Assembly (NCBI GenBank): GCA_048621375.1
Contig: JBMCWS010000001.1
Coordinates: forward strand, 2,754 to 66,753
Length of the DNA: 64,000 nucleotides
Source of the DNA: Pseudomonadota bacterium
GTDB lineage: Bacteria; Pseudomonadota; Gammaproteobacteria; Pseudomonadales; Azotimanducaceae
Direction: 5' to 3'
A model generated the notes under the pieces. The model did not search any database. It saw only the letters and a program-made list of their open reading frames with translations, and was not told where the DNA came from. Positions 34,886 through 50,474 of the stretch are shown piece by piece. How positions within the stretch are numbered: position 1 is the stretch's first letter; every line of letters begins with the position of its first letter. The translations under genes and the position numbers were made by a program.

Positions 34886-35311
34886 TCAGCGGCGGCGCCG
34901 GCGGCGCAGCTCCTCGAGGGTGCGCTGACGCGCCATGGCTTCGGCGAGCTGCGCAGCGGCCACGGAGTATTCGACCCCGGCCGCACGCTCCTCGAGCGCG
35001 TGCTCCGCTTCCTTCTGCGCCTCCAGGGCGGCGGCCTCGTCGAGATCCTCGGCGCGCACGGCAGTGTCTGCGAGCAGCGTCACCACACCGGGCTGCACTT
35101 CGAGAAAGCCGCCGGAAGCGAAGAAGACTTCCTCTTCGCCGTTGTCGAATCTCAGCCGCACCGGCCCCGGCTTGATGCCCGTGAGCAGAGGCGCGTGCCC
35201 GGGCATGATACCGAGCTCCCCCATGGTACCGGTGGCGCTCACCTGAGTGACGCGGCCCGAGAAGATCTCCTCCTCGGCGCTGACGATGTCACAGTGCATG
35301 GTCATGGCCAT
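34886..35311 (-). CDS. atpC: ATP synthase F1 epsilon subunit
   Basis: [19 protein letters not shown], 141 aa. Last gene of the atp operon. Confidence 0.95.
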   Translation of the reverse strand: MAMTMHCDIVSAEEEIFSGRVTQVSATGTMGELGIMPGHAPLLTGIKPGPVRLRFDNGEEEVFFASGGFLEVQPGVVTLLADTAVRAEDLDEAAALEAQKEAEHALEERAAGVEYSVAAAQLAEAMARQRTLEELRRRRRR

Positions 35312-35326
35312 TCGCGGACCTCCTGA

Positions 35327-36715
<1,389 letters not shown>

Positions 36716-36775
36716 CTAGCCTCTCAATGTTCTCGTGTTCCAGTGCCTTGGGGGCGGCGCGGCTGGAGGTCGCTG

Positions 36776-37636
36776 CTACACCGCGGCGGCGCCGCCGACG
36801 ATTTCGGCGATTTCCTGGGTAATGGCCGCCTGACGGGCGTTGTTGTAGATCAACGTCAGCTCGTCGATGATCTTCTCGGCGTTCTCGCTGGCGTTCTTCA
36901 TGGCGATCATTTTGGCTGCCTGCTCACACGCCGCGTTCTCGACCACCGCCTGGTAGACCTGAGATTCCACGAACCGGGTCACCAGCGCCTCGATGAGCTC
37001 CCGGGCGTCCGGCTCGTAGAGATAGTCCCAGCGGTGCGCGTACTCCGCCTGATCCGCCGGGTCCAACGGCAGGAGCTGGCGGATCACCGGCTGCTGGGTC
37101 ATGGTATTGATGAAGTCGTTGCTGGCGATGTACAGCCGGTCGATGCGGCCTTCCTCGTAGGCATCCAGCATGACCTTGATGCCACCGATGAGCTCAGAGA
37201 CGGTCGGTACGTCGCCGACGCCGGTGATGGAAGCAGTGATGTTGCCGCCAACGGCTCGGAAGAACTGATTGCCCTTGTTGCCGATGAGGCCGAGATCCGC
37301 CTCGATGCCCTGAGCCTGCCAGTCCGCCATGTCCCGCAGCAGGGTACGGAACAGGTTGGCGTTCAACCCGCCGCACAACCCACGGTCGGTGGAGACCACG
37401 ATGTAGCCGATGCGCTTGACCTCGCGGGCTTCCATGTACATGTGCCGGTATTCGGGGTTGGCGTTGGCCAGGTGCCCGATCACTGCACGGATCTTCTCCG
37501 CGTACGGCTTGCCTTCGCGCATCCGTTCCTGGCTGCGACGCAGGCGGCTGACCGCCACCATCTCCATGGCACTGGTGATCTTCTGCGTGCTCGAGACGCT
37601 TCCGATCTTCTTTTTGATGTCTTTCCCGACAGCCAT
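36776..37636 (-). CDS. atpG: ATP synthase F1 gamma subunit
   Basis: [23 protein letters not shown]-terminal [15 protein letters not shown]. 286 aa. Confidence 0.97.
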   Translation of the reverse strand: MAVGKDIKKKIGSVSSTQKITSAMEMVAVSRLRRSQERMREGKPYAEKIRAVIGHLANANPEYRHMYMEAREVKRIGYIVVSTDRGLCGGLNANLFRTLLRDMADWQAQGIEADLGLIGNKGNQFFRAVGGNITASITGVGDVPTVSELIGGIKVMLDAYEEGRIDRLYIASNDFINTMTQQPVIRQLLPLDPADQAEYAHRWDYLYEPDARELIEALVTRFVESQVYQAVVENAACEQAAKMIAMKNASENAEKIIDELTLIYNNARQAAITQEIAEIVGGAAAV

Positions 37637-37654
37637 AGTTCACCGATTCCCGTC

Positions 37655-39199
<1,545 letters not shown>

Positions 39200-39221
39200 T
39201 GTTGAATTCCTCAGTGTGCGC

Positions 39222-39761
39222 TTACGTTCGCTGCATTGCTTCGGCGAGCTTCTCGAGCCGCCCCCGGACGGACCCGTCGATGACGGTGTCGCCGGCGCGG
39301 ATGACGGCGCCCCCCAGGATGTCGCTGTCGACCCGTCCGGTGAGACTCACCTCCCGATCGAATTTGCGCTGCAACACCTCGCGCAGGCGGTTGGATTGCG
39401 CCTCAGAGAGCTCGTAGGCGCTCGTCACCTCCACCTCGAGCACCCGTTCCGCCTCGGCCTTGCGGGCTTCGAATTGCTCCCGGAGCTCGCCGAGCACCGA
39501 AAGCCGCTTGTTGTGCGCCAGCAGGCGCACCAGGCTCTGCGCGCGATCGGTGAGTTCCTCGCCGCACACCTCGATGAGACGCTGGGCCTTCTGCTCCGGA
39601 GACAGCTCCGGCGACTCCAGCACGTTCCGAACCTTGTCGTGCTCGGACGCCACGGTGAGAAGCGTCAGCATTCTGGACCACCGGTCCAGAGCCTGCTCGG
39701 CCTGGGCCAGCTCGAACACGGCTTTGGCGTAAGGCCGGGCGAGGGTGGCCAATTCTGCCAT
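39222..39761 (-). CDS. atpH: ATP synthase F1 delta subunit
   Basis: [13 protein letters not shown]. 179 aa. Operon position is between atpF and atpA. Confidence 0.93.
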   Translation of the reverse strand: MAELATLARPYAKAVFELAQAEQALDRWSRMLTLLTVASEHDKVRNVLESPELSPEQKAQRLIEVCGEELTDRAQSLVRLLAHNKRLSVLGELREQFEARKAEAERVLEVEVTSAYELSEAQSNRLREVLQRKFDREVSLTGRVDSDILGGAVIRAGDTVIDGSVRGRLEKLAEAMQRT

Positions 39762-39771
39762 GGAATCGCTC

Positions 39772-40242
39772 CTACAGCTCGGACGCGAGCGCGTCGAGCA
39801 GCTCGCTGTGCTTGGACTGATCGATGCTCGCGCCGAGCACGCGCTCCGCGCCGGCCACGGCGAGCACCGCCACCTGACCCCGCAGGGCCTCCTTGGCGCG
39901 GTTCAGCTCCTGCTCGATCTCGGCCTGCTGCGCCTGACGAATGCGCTCGCCCTCGGCGCGCGCGTCGTTCTTGGCGGATTCGATCATCTGGTTGGCCTGA
40001 TTGCGCGCCTGGTCGAGGATCTGGTGAGCTTCCTCCTTGGCCTCGCGAAGCGCCTCGGTGGCCCGCTCCTGGGCGAGCTCGAGGTCCTTCTCCGCGCGCT
40101 CGGCGGCGGACAGGCCCTCACCAATGGCCTTCTGTCGCTCACGCATGGCATTGACCAGTGGCGGCCAGATGAACTTCCAGCAGAACCACACGAACACCAG
40201 GAACGTGATGCTCTGACCAATGAGCGTCAGGTTGAGTGTCAT
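39772..40242 (-). CDS. atpF: ATP synthase F0 subunit b
   Basis: N-terminal [25 protein letters not shown], then a long charged helix. 156 aa. Confidence 0.93.
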   Translation of the reverse strand: MTLNLTLIGQSITFLVFVWFCWKFIWPPLVNAMRERQKAIGEGLSAAERAEKDLELAQERATEALREAKEEAHQILDQARNQANQMIESAKNDARAEGERIRQAQQAEIEQELNRAKEALRGQVAVLAVAGAERVLGASIDQSKHSELLDALASEL

Positions 40243-40279
40243 AAGCTCACCTCGAGTTCCGTTACGGATGACCCCGTGT

Positions 40280-41820
<1,541 letters not shown>

Positions 41821-41858
41821 GCAGGTCCCGTGCAAGCAGGCCCCCAAAGGCGGCGCGT

Positions 41859-41887
41859 ATTATAGGTACGCGGTTTCAGGGGTTCAA
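41859..41887 (-). promoter_or_regulatory. Candidate sigma70 promoter of the atp operon
   Basis: On the minus strand: TTGAAC (41887-41882), a 17-nt spacer, then TATAAT (41864-41859), in the parB-atpI gap. Confidence 0.6.
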
Positions 41888-41946
41888 TCGAAACCGTTGA
41901 TTGTCGAAGCCATTTCGGCGTCACGGCGAACCCGGCGACGCGGCCT

Positions 41947-42822
41947 TCAGCGCAGGTGCGCGAGAATGCCTTCGAGCTCGTCGAGGCTGGAGTAGCGAAT
42001 GATCAGCCGCCCCCGGCCTGGCCCGCCCTGAGCGATGCTCACCGGGGCACCCAGGCGCTCCGAGAGCTCCTGCTCGAGGCGGGCGGTGTCCGGGTCCCTG
42101 CCGGCGCTGCGGCGGCTCGCTTTACCGGCGTCGCCACCGCCCCGGTTTTGACGTTGTCGGACCAGATCCTCGGTCTGGCGAACCGACAGCTGCTTCTGGC
42201 TCACCTCGGCAGCCACCCGCTCCTGATCGAGCGGCTCGAGGGTGAGCAGGGCGCGGGCATGGCCCATTTCGAGCTCACCCCGTTGCAGCAACTCACGCAC
42301 CGAAGGCGCCAGGTTCAAAAGGCGCAGCAGGTTGGTCACCGCCACCCGGGACTTGCCCACCGCGTCCGCCACCTGCTGCTGGGTGAGCTCGAACTCGTCC
42401 TTGAGCCGCTGCAGCGCGAACGCCTCCTCCAGCGGGTTGAGATCCTCCCGCTGGATGTTCTCGATGAGGGCCATGGCCGAGGCCTGCTCGTCCGTGACCT
42501 CCTTGACGATGGCCGGAATCTCGGTGAGACCCGCCATCCGGGCGGCGCGCCAACGACGCTCCCCGGCGATCAGCTCGTAGCCGCCCTGGGGCCGCGGCCG
42601 CACCAGGATCGGCTGCATGAGCCCCTGGGATCTGATGGACGCCGCCAGCTCCTCCAGGGCCTGCTCGGAGAACTCGCGCCGCGGCTGGTAGCGGCCGCGG
42701 ATCACCGTATCCAACGGCACTTCGCTCTGCTCGCCACGCGCCTCGGCGGGCTCGGCGGCGTTGTCGTTCGTGTCCCCGGACAGTAGGGCGTCCAGTCCCC
42801 GGCCCAATCGTTTCCTGCTCAC
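41947..42822 (-). CDS. parB: Chromosome partitioning protein ParB
   Basis: GTG 42822 overlaps the parA TGA (GTGA). RLGRGLDALL, LIAGERRWRAA, IENIQREDLNPLEEA. 291 aa. Confidence 0.95.
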   Translation of the reverse strand: MSRKRLGRGLDALLSGDTNDNAAEPAEARGEQSEVPLDTVIRGRYQPRREFSEQALEELAASIRSQGLMQPILVRPRPQGGYELIAGERRWRAARMAGLTEIPAIVKEVTDEQASAMALIENIQREDLNPLEEAFALQRLKDEFELTQQQVADAVGKSRVAVTNLLRLLNLAPSVRELLQRGELEMGHARALLTLEPLDQERVAAEVSQKQLSVRQTEDLVRQRQNRGGGDAGKASRRSAGRDPDTARLEQELSERLGAPVSIAQGGPGRGRLIIRYSSLDELEGILAHLR

Positions 42823-43607
42823 CCGGTCACCTGACTTTCACTGTGTTGCGCATACTTTCGCTGCATCTCTCCGGCCAGTGCCGTGTAGGCCACGGCTCCC
42901 CGGGAATGCCGGTCGTAGAGCAGCGCCGGCAGGCCGTGGCTGGGCGCCTCCGCCAGCCGCACGTTGCGGGGGATGACGGTGCGGAACACTCGGTCGCCGA
43001 AGTACTGAATGAGCTGGCGCGACACGTCGCGGGTGAGGCTGTTGCGCGGATCGTACATCGTCCGCAACAGCCCTTCGATGACCAGCTCGGGGTTGCCCCG
43101 GCTCCGCACCCCGTCGATGGTTTCGAGCAACGCGCTCAGGCCCTCGAGCGCGTAGTACTCGCACTGCATGGGAATGAGGACGCCATCGGCGGCGATGAGC
43201 GCGTTCAGGGTCAGAATGTTCAACGACGGCGGACAATCGATTACCACGTAGTCGAAGGGCGCGGCGTCCGCCGCGAGGCGATCCCGCATCCGGAACTCCC
43301 GGCGTTCCTGGCGCAGCAGCTCGAGCTCGGCGGCGGTGAGGTCGGTGTTGCCCGGAACCAGATCGTAGCCGCCCGGGCAACGCTGCATGACCTCGGTCAC
43401 GGGACGGCCGTCGATGAGCCAGTCGTAGATGCTCTGCTCCAGCGCGTTCTTGTCGATCCCGGAGCCCATGGTCGCGTTACCCTGGGGATCGGTATCCACC
43501 AGCAGGACCCGGGCGTCCGACGCCGCCAGGGACGCGGCCAGGTTCACGGCGGTGGTGGTCTTGCCGACCCCGCCCTTCTGGTTCGCGATAGCGATGGTTC
43601 TCGTCAC
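42819..43607 (-). CDS. parA: Chromosome partitioning ATPase ParA (Soj)
   Basis: ORF trimmed to GTG 43607 (GGAGA SD), overlapping the rsmG TGA. Deviant Walker A NQKGGVGKTT. 262 aa. Confidence 0.93.
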   Translation of the reverse strand: MTRTIAIANQKGGVGKTTTAVNLAASLAASDARVLLVDTDPQGNATMGSGIDKNALEQSIYDWLIDGRPVTEVMQRCPGGYDLVPGNTDLTAAELELLRQERREFRMRDRLAADAAPFDYVVIDCPPSLNILTLNALIAADGVLIPMQCEYYALEGLSALLETIDGVRSRGNPELVIEGLLRTMYDPRNSLTRDVSRQLIQYFGDRVFRTVIPRNVRLAEAPSHGLPALLYDRHSRGAVAYTALAGEMQRKYAQHSESQVTG

Positions 43608-44272
43608 GGCCTGTCTCCATTCTCCCCCGCTGGACGGCGCTCGATCACCACCAGCTCGTGTGGCTGCTCGAGGCCCGGTATCGTCAGCCATGCCCGCTTG
43701 CTCACGCACCCGCCCGGCAGGCACCCGGGTACCGGCGCGCCACCCCGACCCTGGCCCTGATGCATGACGAGCAGCCGCCCGCCGTCGCTCAGCCGGCCAC
43801 CGATCAACCGCCATACTTCCTCGATGCCGGCGACCGCGCGACTCACCACGGTGTCGAACGTGTCCCCCGGGGACAGGGCGCCCACGTCACCGCACCATGG
43901 CGACACGTTGTCCAGGCACAGCGCGCGCGCCGCGTGCCTGACGAAACGAATGCGCCGCGCGCTGCGATCCACCAGCGTGAACGCAACGTCCCTGCGCACG
44001 ATGGCCAAGGGTACTCCCGGCAGGCCCGCACCGGTACCCAGATCCAGCACCCGCGCTCCCGAGAGCCAGGGCGCCACACTCAACGAATCCAGTAGATGCC
44101 GGGGCAGCAGACGGTGGACGTCCTTGCGCGACACCAGATTGAACGCCCGGTTCCAACGCAGCAGCAGCTCCCGGAACTCGAGCAGCGCACGTTGCTGCGC
44201 GGAGTCGAGCTCGACGTCGAGCACCGCGGCATCCGCCGCGAGGGCCTGGGCTTCCCGGCACGGGTCAGGCAC
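43604..44272 (-). CDS. rsmG: 16S rRNA (guanine527-N7)-methyltransferase RsmG (GidB)
   Basis: ORF 43604..44620 trimmed to GTG 44272, an 8-nt overlap with the mnmG end. SAM motif [17 protein letters not shown]. 222 aa. Confidence 0.85.
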   Translation of the reverse strand: MPDPCREAQALAADAAVLDVELDSAQQRALLEFRELLLRWNRAFNLVSRKDVHRLLPRHLLDSLSVAPWLSGARVLDLGTGAGLPGVPLAIVRRDVAFTLVDRSARRIRFVRHAARALCLDNVSPWCGDVGALSPGDTFDTVVSRAVAGIEEVWRLIGGRLSDGGRLLVMHQGQGRGGAPVPGCLPGGCVSKRAWLTIPGLEQPHELVVIERRPAGENGDRP

Positions 44273-46187
44273 GGGCCGCGCTGCCGGAATCCTCCGCGGC
44301 CCCCCGGCTGCGCGCCGGGACAGCCGCGTGCTTCCTCGCGTGAACGAGCAGCACGGAAAGTGCCGCTGGCGTGATGCCCGGAATGCGTGCCGCACGGGCG
44401 AGGGTGCGCGGACGCACCTCGGCGAGTTTCTGGCGCAGCTCGTTCGACAGCCCCGGAACGGCGTCGAAGTCGAAATCGGCGGGCAGCTCGATGCTCTCGT
44501 GGCGGCGGACCCGCGCGATGTCCTCTTCCTGGCGGCGGATGTAACCCGCGTACTTGGCCTCGATCTCCACCTGCTCGCGCACTGCCGGATCGTGCTCGCC
44601 AAGCGCCATGGCCTCGGCAACGCGCGCCATGGTCACCGCCGGCCGCTTCAGGAATCCCAGCACGGTTCCGTCGCGGCCGATCTGCTCACCGGTGGCTGCT
44701 TCCAGCGCGGCGGCGAGCTCGCTGCCCGGTCGCAGCCGCGTGCTCTCGAGCAGCGCGCTCAGGGCGTCGACCGAGTCCCGCTTCGCCCGGTACGCGCGCC
44801 AGCGGCTATCCCCCACCACGCCCAGCTCGCGCCCGATCCCGGTGAGACGGTGATCGGCGTTGTCCTCGCGCAGCCGGAGCCGGTACTCGGCACGGCTGGT
44901 GAACATGCGGTACGGCTCGCTGGCGCCCTGGTTCACCAGATCGTCCACCAGCACGCCGATGTAAGCTTCGTCGCGCCGGGGCCACCAGGCTGGGCGGCCC
45001 GCCACCTTCCTGGCGGCATTGATGCCCGCCAGCAGACCCTGGGCCGCTGCTTCCTCATAGCCGGTGGTGCCGTTGATCTGCCCGGCGAAGAACAACCCCT
45101 CCAACACCCGGGTCTCAAGGGAGTACGCCAGATCCCGCGGGTCGAAAAAATCGTACTCGATGGCATACCCCGGACGCGTGATGTGCGCCTGCTCGAAGCC
45201 CGCGATGCTGCGGACCAGCTCGAGCTGAACGTCGAACGGCAGACTCGTCGAGATGCCGTTCGGGTACAGCTCGTGGTTGTCGAGCCCCTCCGGTTCCACG
45301 AACACCTGGTGCTGCACCCGCTCCGCGAAGCGCACCACCTTGTCCTCGATGCTCGGGCAATAACGCGGTCCAGCGCCTTCGATCACCCCGGAATACATGG
45401 GCGAGCGGTCGAGCCCGGCACGGATGATGTCGTGCGTGGTCTCGTTGGTGTACGTGATGTGACAGGGTAGCTGACGGGGATGCTCATCCACGCTGCCCAG
45501 CATCGACAGGCAGGGCAACGGCTCGTCGCCCGGCTGCGTCTCCATGACGGAGAAATCCACGGTCCGGCCATCGATCCGGGGCGGGGTTCCGGTTTTCAAT
45601 CGGCCGACCCGGAACGGCAATGCCCGCAACCGCTCCGCCAGGGCGTTCGACGGCGCGTCACCGGCCCGGCCACCGGCGTGGCTGTCCGTGCCTAGGTGGA
45701 TACGCCCCCCAAGGAAAGTGCCCGTGGTTAGCACCACCGCCGGCGCGTGAAAAGTGAGCCCGATCTGCGTGTGCACACCGGTCACCCGGTCGCCATCCAC
45801 CGCCAGATCCACGACAGGCTGCTGGAATAGATGCAGGTTCTCCTGCGCTTCGAGAAGCGAGCGCACGGCCTGGCGGTAGAGCGCACGATCGGCCTGGGCG
45901 CGGGTCGCCCGCACCGCCGGTCCCTTGCTGGCATTCAGCACCCGGAACTGGATGCCGGCGCGGTCGGCGGCGCGGGCCATCACGCCGTCGAGCGCATCGA
46001 TCTCCCGCACCAGGTGACTCTTGCCGATGCCTCCAATCGCCGGGTTGCAGGACATGGCACCGATGGTGTCCAGGCTCTGGGTGAGCAGCAGCGTCCGCGC
46101 GCCGCTGCGGGCGGCAGCCATGGCGGCTTCACAGCCGGCGTGGCCGGCGCCGATGACGATCACGTCGAATGTCTGGGGATGTTCCAT
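44265..46187 (-). CDS. mnmG: tRNA uridine-5-carboxymethylaminomethyl synthesis enzyme MnmG (GidA)
   Basis: ORF trimmed to ATG 46187. [19 protein letters not shown] motif. 640 aa. Confidence 0.96.
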   Translation of the reverse strand: MEHPQTFDVIVIGAGHAGCEAAMAAARSGARTLLLTQSLDTIGAMSCNPAIGGIGKSHLVREIDALDGVMARAADRAGIQFRVLNASKGPAVRATRAQADRALYRQAVRSLLEAQENLHLFQQPVVDLAVDGDRVTGVHTQIGLTFHAPAVVLTTGTFLGGRIHLGTDSHAGGRAGDAPSNALAERLRALPFRVGRLKTGTPPRIDGRTVDFSVMETQPGDEPLPCLSMLGSVDEHPRQLPCHITYTNETTHDIIRAGLDRSPMYSGVIEGAGPRYCPSIEDKVVRFAERVQHQVFVEPEGLDNHELYPNGISTSLPFDVQLELVRSIAGFEQAHITRPGYAIEYDFFDPRDLAYSLETRVLEGLFFAGQINGTTGYEEAAAQGLLAGINAARKVAGRPAWWPRRDEAYIGVLVDDLVNQGASEPYRMFTSRAEYRLRLREDNADHRLTGIGRELGVVGDSRWRAYRAKRDSVDALSALLESTRLRPGSELAAALEAATGEQIGRDGTVLGFLKRPAVTMARVAEAMALGEHDPAVREQVEIEAKYAGYIRRQEEDIARVRRHESIELPADFDFDAVPGLSNELRQKLAEVRPRTLARAARIPGITPAALSVLLVHARKHAAVPARSRGAAEDSGSAARA

Positions 46188-46234
46188 GGTGCGTAACCCG
46201 GGCCCGGGTGAGTGGGGACGCGCAGTATAAGCCT

Positions 46235-47602
46235 CTATTTGCCAATGCAAAAACTCGAGAAGATCTCGCCGAGCAACTCGTCGGCGGTGGTCTCCCCGAC
46301 GATTTCTCCCAGAGACTGGTGTACCAGCTTGAGCTCCTCCGCCACCAGCTCGGGCGCCACACGCTCCGCGAGCAGGGACTCTGCCCGCGCCACCGCGGCC
46401 GACGCAGCGTCCAGCGCTTCGATGTGGCGCCGCCGGGCGGTGAAGGTGGATCCTTCCGAGGCGTAGCCCACGCGCTCCAGGATCAGATCCACCAGCGCGT
46501 CCACGCCGGCGCCGGTGAGGGCGGAGAGGCGCACCACCGCCACGGCGCCGGCCGCGGACCCGGCCACGGCGCCTGCGGCGCCACCGCTCAAGTCCACCTT
46601 GTTGCGTACCCGGAGCAGCCGCCGGGGTTCAATGCCGGCGGCCTGCAGGGTCTCGAGGACCGGCCCTTCGGCGGCGCGGTCGTCCTCGAGCACCACCACC
46701 AGGTCGGCCTGCAACGCCTGCTCGCGGGCCCGGCGGATTCCTTCTTCTTCCACGGCGTCGGCGGCGTCGCGAATCCCCGCGGTGTCGACGATGCGGATGG
46801 GCAATCCCTTCAGGGTCAGGTCGGCATGCACCAGATCACGGGTGGTGCCGGGAATCTCGGTAACGATGGCCCGGTCCTGCCCCGCCAGCCGGTTCAGCAG
46901 GCTGGACTTGCCCACGTTCGGCGCTCCCACCAGCGCCACCGCCACGCCTTCGCTCAGCAGCATGCCCTGACGGGTTTCCCCGGTGAGCGCGGCGAGGCGC
47001 TCCCGGACCGCGGCGAGGCGCTCCGGCACCTGCCCCTCGGCGAGAAAATCCGCGTCCTCCTCGGGGAAGTCCATGGCCGCCTCGACGTAGACGCGCAGCT
47101 CGGTCACCGCGCCGTCGAGCTCGCCTACGGCTCGGGAGAACGTCCCCTGGAGCGAACGCATGGCGCCCCGGGCGGCAGCGCCGGAGGCGCTGGCGATGAG
47201 ATCCGCCACGGCCTCGGCTTGCGCCAGATCGAGCTTGCCGTTGTGGAACGCCCGCTCGGTGAACTCGCCGGGGCGCGCCAGGCGCGCCCCGGCGCCCAGC
47301 ACTGCGTCGAGCAGCAACTGCAGGACCACCGGGCCGCCGTGCCCCTGCAGCTCCACCACGTCCTCGCCGGTGAACGATGCCGGTCCGGGGAAGGCGAGGC
47401 ACAGGCCAACGTCGATCAGCGATCCGCCGGCATCCCGAAACTCGGCGTAATGGGCATATCTCGGCGTCAGTGATCGCCCACTCATCCGCCGGCCGATAGC
47501 CAGCGCCGCCGGTCCGGAGATGCGCACGATGCCGATGCCGGCCATCCCGGGCGCGGTAGCGATGGCAGCGATGGTGTCGGCGTCCACCGCGGCCGACGCC
47601 AT
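46235..47602 (-). CDS. mnmE: tRNA modification GTPase MnmE (TrmE)
   Basis: ORF trimmed to ATG 47602. [12 protein letters not shown]1 [13 protein letters not shown]-terminal CIGK. 455 aa. Confidence 0.95.
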   Translation of the reverse strand: MASAAVDADTIAAIATAPGMAGIGIVRISGPAALAIGRRMSGRSLTPRYAHYAEFRDAGGSLIDVGLCLAFPGPASFTGEDVVELQGHGGPVVLQLLLDAVLGAGARLARPGEFTERAFHNGKLDLAQAEAVADLIASASGAAARGAMRSLQGTFSRAVGELDGAVTELRVYVEAAMDFPEEDADFLAEGQVPERLAAVRERLAALTGETRQGMLLSEGVAVALVGAPNVGKSSLLNRLAGQDRAIVTEIPGTTRDLVHADLTLKGLPIRIVDTAGIRDAADAVEEEGIRRAREQALQADLVVVLEDDRAAEGPVLETLQAAGIEPRRLLRVRNKVDLSGGAAGAVAGSAAGAVAVVRLSALTGAGVDALVDLILERVGYASEGSTFTARRRHIEALDAASAAVARAESLLAERVAPELVAEELKLVHQSLGEIVGETTADELLGEIFSSFCIGK

Positions 47603-47612
47603 CGTCGACACG

Positions 47613-49373
47613 TCAGGTTCTAGCGGCGTGTTTCGCGTCATTCTGACGCATGATCCACCATTGCTGCGCAATGGAGAGCACGTTGTTCACCAGCCAGTAG
47701 AGCACCAGGCCCGCCGGGAAGAACAGGAACAACACCGTGAACATCACCGGCATGAGCCGCATCATCCGCTGCTGCATGGGATCACCCACCGCCGGGCTCA
47801 TCAGCTGTTGCAGGTACATGCTGGCCCCCATGAGCAACGGCAGCACGAAATAGGGATCCATGGCGGACAGGTCACGAATCCAGAGCATGAACGGCGCGTG
47901 GCGCAGCTCCACACTCTCGAAGAGCACCCAGTACAGGGCAATGAAGATCGGCATGGGCAGCAGCATGGGCAGACAGCCGCCGAGAGGATTCACCTGTTCC
48001 TTCTTGTACAGGGCCATCATTTCCTGGGACAGCTTCTGGCGATCGTCGGCGTATCGTTCCTGCAGCCGCTTCATCTGTGGCGCGATCCGGCGCATGTTGG
48101 CCATGGAGCGATAGCTCGCGGCGGAAAGCGGATACAACGCCAACTTCACCAGCACGGTGAGGAGAATGATCGCCGCGCCCCAGTTGCCGACGACGCCGTA
48201 GATCCAATCGAGCACCTTGAACAACGGCACCGCGAGCCACCAGAGAAAGCCGTAGTCCACGGTCAGGTTCAGGTTCGGCGCAATGTCCTCGAGCCGGCTC
48301 TGATCCTTGGGGCCGGCGTAGAAACGCGAATGAAACTCGCCGACGCCTCCGGCCGGCACCGAGGCGAGCGGCGCGGTGTAGCCGACAATGTACGTTCCAT
48401 CCCGGTGCTTGTGACCATAGAACCGGTTGGTCTGCTCCGGATCCGCAACCCAGGCGCTGAGGAAATAGTGCTGCAGAAAGGCGATCCAGCCCCCTTCCAC
48501 GGCGCTCTGGAACGCTTCCTCGTCGAGGTCCTCGAAAGAGACCTTCTCGTAGCGGCTCTCGTCCGTGGTGAGCGCGGCACCGAGGTACGGCTGCGGTCCC
48601 AGGGTGAACGGCTTCTCCCCGTAGCCTTCCCGATCATCGCGCTTTATCTGCGCGAACAGACCCGCGTTCAAAGGCTCGCCGGTGCGATTCTCCAGGCGGT
48701 ACCGCAGGTCGACCAGGTAGTCGTCGGGAGAGAACACGTACGACTTCCGTATCCGCTGACCCTCGGCTTCCGTGGTCAGTGTCACCGTGAGCGGCTCGTT
48801 GCCGGTAAGTTGATACTCACTTTTCTCCGCCTCGTAGACGGGTCGCTCGCCGGACGCATCCACGCCGTCCGGACCCACCAAGCCGCTCTGCGCAATGTAG
48901 GTGTGGCCGCCGCCGCGATTGAGCAGCAGATACGGCTCGGGCTGATCGATGTCCAGACGGTGGCGGGGCAGCTGCACCCGGACGATGTCGCCGCCGACGC
49001 GATCGATCCAGACGTGCAGGGTCGGAGTGACCACCTCGACCAGACGATCCTCGGGGGCGGACGCATCCCCGGGGGCCTCGCGCGGAGGTTGCTGGCCCTC
49101 GCCCACCAGAGACGGGTCGGGGACGTCGGATGCCCCCGCAGTATCCCCGGCCGGGGCGGTTTCGTCCGCGGATGCCGGGGCATCCGCAGGCGACTGTGCG
49201 TCTGCGGGCGCCGGGGCGTCCATCGCCGGCACGTCCTGGAGGTCCGGCTCCGCCGCGATCTGCGCGGGCTCCTGCTGGCGCATGTAGTCGTCGTTCCAGG
49301 CGAGGATCAGCAGGTAGGCGGTAGCCGCCAGGCCGATGAGCAGCACCACCCGCTGCACTTCTGTGGAAAGCAT
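47613..49373 (-). CDS. yidC: Membrane protein insertase YidC
   Basis: ORF trimmed to ATG 49373. N-terminal TM, large periplasmic P1 domain, and conserved C-terminal core ([15 protein letters not shown]..., [17 protein letters not shown]). 586 aa. Confidence 0.95.
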   Translation of the reverse strand: MLSTEVQRVVLLIGLAATAYLLILAWNDDYMRQQEPAQIAAEPDLQDVPAMDAPAPADAQSPADAPASADETAPAGDTAGASDVPDPSLVGEGQQPPREAPGDASAPEDRLVEVVTPTLHVWIDRVGGDIVRVQLPRHRLDIDQPEPYLLLNRGGGHTYIAQSGLVGPDGVDASGERPVYEAEKSEYQLTGNEPLTVTLTTEAEGQRIRKSYVFSPDDYLVDLRYRLENRTGEPLNAGLFAQIKRDDREGYGEKPFTLGPQPYLGAALTTDESRYEKVSFEDLDEEAFQSAVEGGWIAFLQHYFLSAWVADPEQTNRFYGHKHRDGTYIVGYTAPLASVPAGGVGEFHSRFYAGPKDQSRLEDIAPNLNLTVDYGFLWWLAVPLFKVLDWIYGVVGNWGAAIILLTVLVKLALYPLSAASYRSMANMRRIAPQMKRLQERYADDRQKLSQEMMALYKKEQVNPLGGCLPMLLPMPIFIALYWVLFESVELRHAPFMLWIRDLSAMDPYFVLPLLMGASMYLQQLMSPAVGDPMQQRMMRLMPVMFTVLFLFFPAGLVLYWLVNNVLSIAQQWWIMRQNDAKHAART

Positions 49374-49380
49374 GGTCAGT

Positions 49381-49641
49381 TCAGGACTCCTTGCGCTCCG
49401 TTGCGGTCGGCCCGTCGGGCACGAGGTCGACGCCGCCGCTGTGGAGGGGATGGCACCGGCAGAGACGGCGCACGGCGAGCCACGAGCCGCGGGCGAAGCC
49501 ATGGGTCTCGATGGCTTCGTAGGCGTAATGCGAGCAGGTGGGGTAGAAACGGCACTGCCTGCCCAGCCAGGGGCTCAGCGTGATCTGATAAGCGCGGACG
49601 GTAGCGAGCGCGATTCGCGTTGGCAGTCGTGTGGGCATCAC
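49381..49641 (-). CDS. yidD: Membrane protein insertion efficiency factor YidD
   Basis: [27 protein letters not shown]. Start is GTG 49641 or ATG 49638. Confidence 0.92.
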   Translation of the reverse strand: MMPTRLPTRIALATVRAYQITLSPWLGRQCRFYPTCSHYAYEAIETHGFARGSWLAVRRLCRCHPLHSGGVDLVPDGPTATERKES

Positions 49642-49643
49642 GG

Positions 49644-49994
49644 TCAGCTCGTATGCAACTCCGAAAGCAGCGCCTCAAGAGAGGCGCGATACAGGTCGTT
49701 CGGGGCAGGACCCGTCACGCGGATCACGATGTCCATCGGCGGCAGATTCCGGCGCCGGCGCCGGAACGTGTCGCGGAGGACGCGCTTGGCGCGGTTGCGC
49801 TGGTGCGCCTTGGGCAGCGCGCGTTTGCCCACCACCAGACCCAGGCGAGCGGTGTGCATTCTATTAGCAACGGCGCTCAGACGTAATGGTCCGCGACGCT
49901 TACGCAGGGTCGCGGCTCGAAAGACGTGGTCGAACTCCCGCGCGTGGCAGAGCCGAACCTCCGGCGGAAAGCCCTCCGTCCCGTCGAAGTTCAA
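49644..49994 (-). CDS. rnpA: Ribonuclease P protein component
   Basis: Basic 116-aa protein ([17 protein letters not shown]) between rpmH and yidD. TTG start at 49994. Confidence 0.9.
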   Translation of the reverse strand: MNFDGTEGFPPEVRLCHAREFDHVFRAATLRKRRGPLRLSAVANRMHTARLGLVVGKRALPKAHQRNRAKRVLRDTFRRRRRNLPPMDIVIRVTGPAPNDLYRASLEALLSELHTS

Positions 49995-50000
49995 GCAGAC

Positions 50001-50135
50001 TCAGGCGGAAAGACGCTTGCGCCCCTTGGCGCGCCGCGCGTTGATCACTCGGCGACCGCCACGGGTAGCCATCCGGGCACGGAAACCGTGGTTGCGCTTA
50101 CGCTTCACGTTGCTTGGCTGGAACGTTCTCTTCAT
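50001..50135 (-). CDS. rpmH: 50S ribosomal protein L34
   Basis: ORF trimmed to ATG 50135: [44 protein letters not shown]. 44 aa. Confidence 0.97.
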   Translation of the reverse strand: MKRTFQPSNVKRKRNHGFRARMATRGGRRVINARRAKGRKRLSA

Positions 50136-50236
50136 CAGCGTCTCTCGAGGGGTTGCAGGTCTGTCGGCGTCGCCCAGTGGTGCCAGCTCACCGGCGACCA
50201 CGGCTCGCGTGGCCGGCCACCCGGAAAGGGGAGCGG

Positions 50237-50265
50237 ATTTTATGGAGCCGTGGTCGGGGAGTCAA
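50237..50265 (-). promoter_or_regulatory. Candidate sigma70 promoter of rpmH-rnpA
   Basis: On the minus strand: TTGACT (50265-50260), a 17-nt spacer, then TAAAAT (50242-50237). Predicts a ~95-nt leader. Confidence 0.6.
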
Positions 50266-50385
50266 ATAACAAGAAATGGGTGTTTTCAGCTGAGGGAGGA
50301 TGGTTGTTGTTCGTTGGGGCGGCGTTCGGCTGTTGATATGTGGCGAAGATGGCGCGGTGGCGGCGCACGATCGAGTGGATGATCT

Positions 50386-50394
50386 TGTGGAAAA
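50386..50394 (+). promoter_or_regulatory. DnaA-box-like 9-mer TGTGGAAAA (1 mismatch to TGTGGATAA)
   Basis: Read directly from the sequence. Part of the 50338-50566 cluster. Confidence 0.45.
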
Positions 50395-50418
50395 GCTCTG
50401 CAGGAGGCGCTACCGGAA

Positions 50419-50427
50419 TGTGGGTAA
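50419..50427 (+). promoter_or_regulatory. DnaA-box-like 9-mer TGTGGGTAA (1 mismatch)
   Basis: Read directly from the sequence. Part of the cluster. Confidence 0.45.
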
Positions 50428-50465
50428 CGGAGACGCGATCGGGTCGCTCACCAGGGGGTAAGAAT

Positions 50466-50474
50466 TTATCCACA
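50466..50474 (+). promoter_or_regulatory. Consensus DnaA box TTATCCACA
   Basis: Perfect 9/9 match to the E. coli-type consensus. It is the only perfect copy I found in the window. Confidence 0.7.

Noticed and set aside
39339-39351. Palindrome GGTGAG-A-CTCACC in atpH, resembling a SlmA box
   Set aside because: The arms are separated by 1 nt instead of 2, so the half-site register differs from the GTGAG-NN-CTCAC consensus. It is probably coincidental.
43608-43814. N-terminal extensions of the parA ORF (to 43814), the rsmG ORF (to 44620) and the rsmB ORF (to 63571)
   Set aside because: The extensions overlap the upstream genes and are Arg/Pro/Gly-rich. Conserved N-termini and GTGA/ATGA-coupled internal starts give family-typical lengths.
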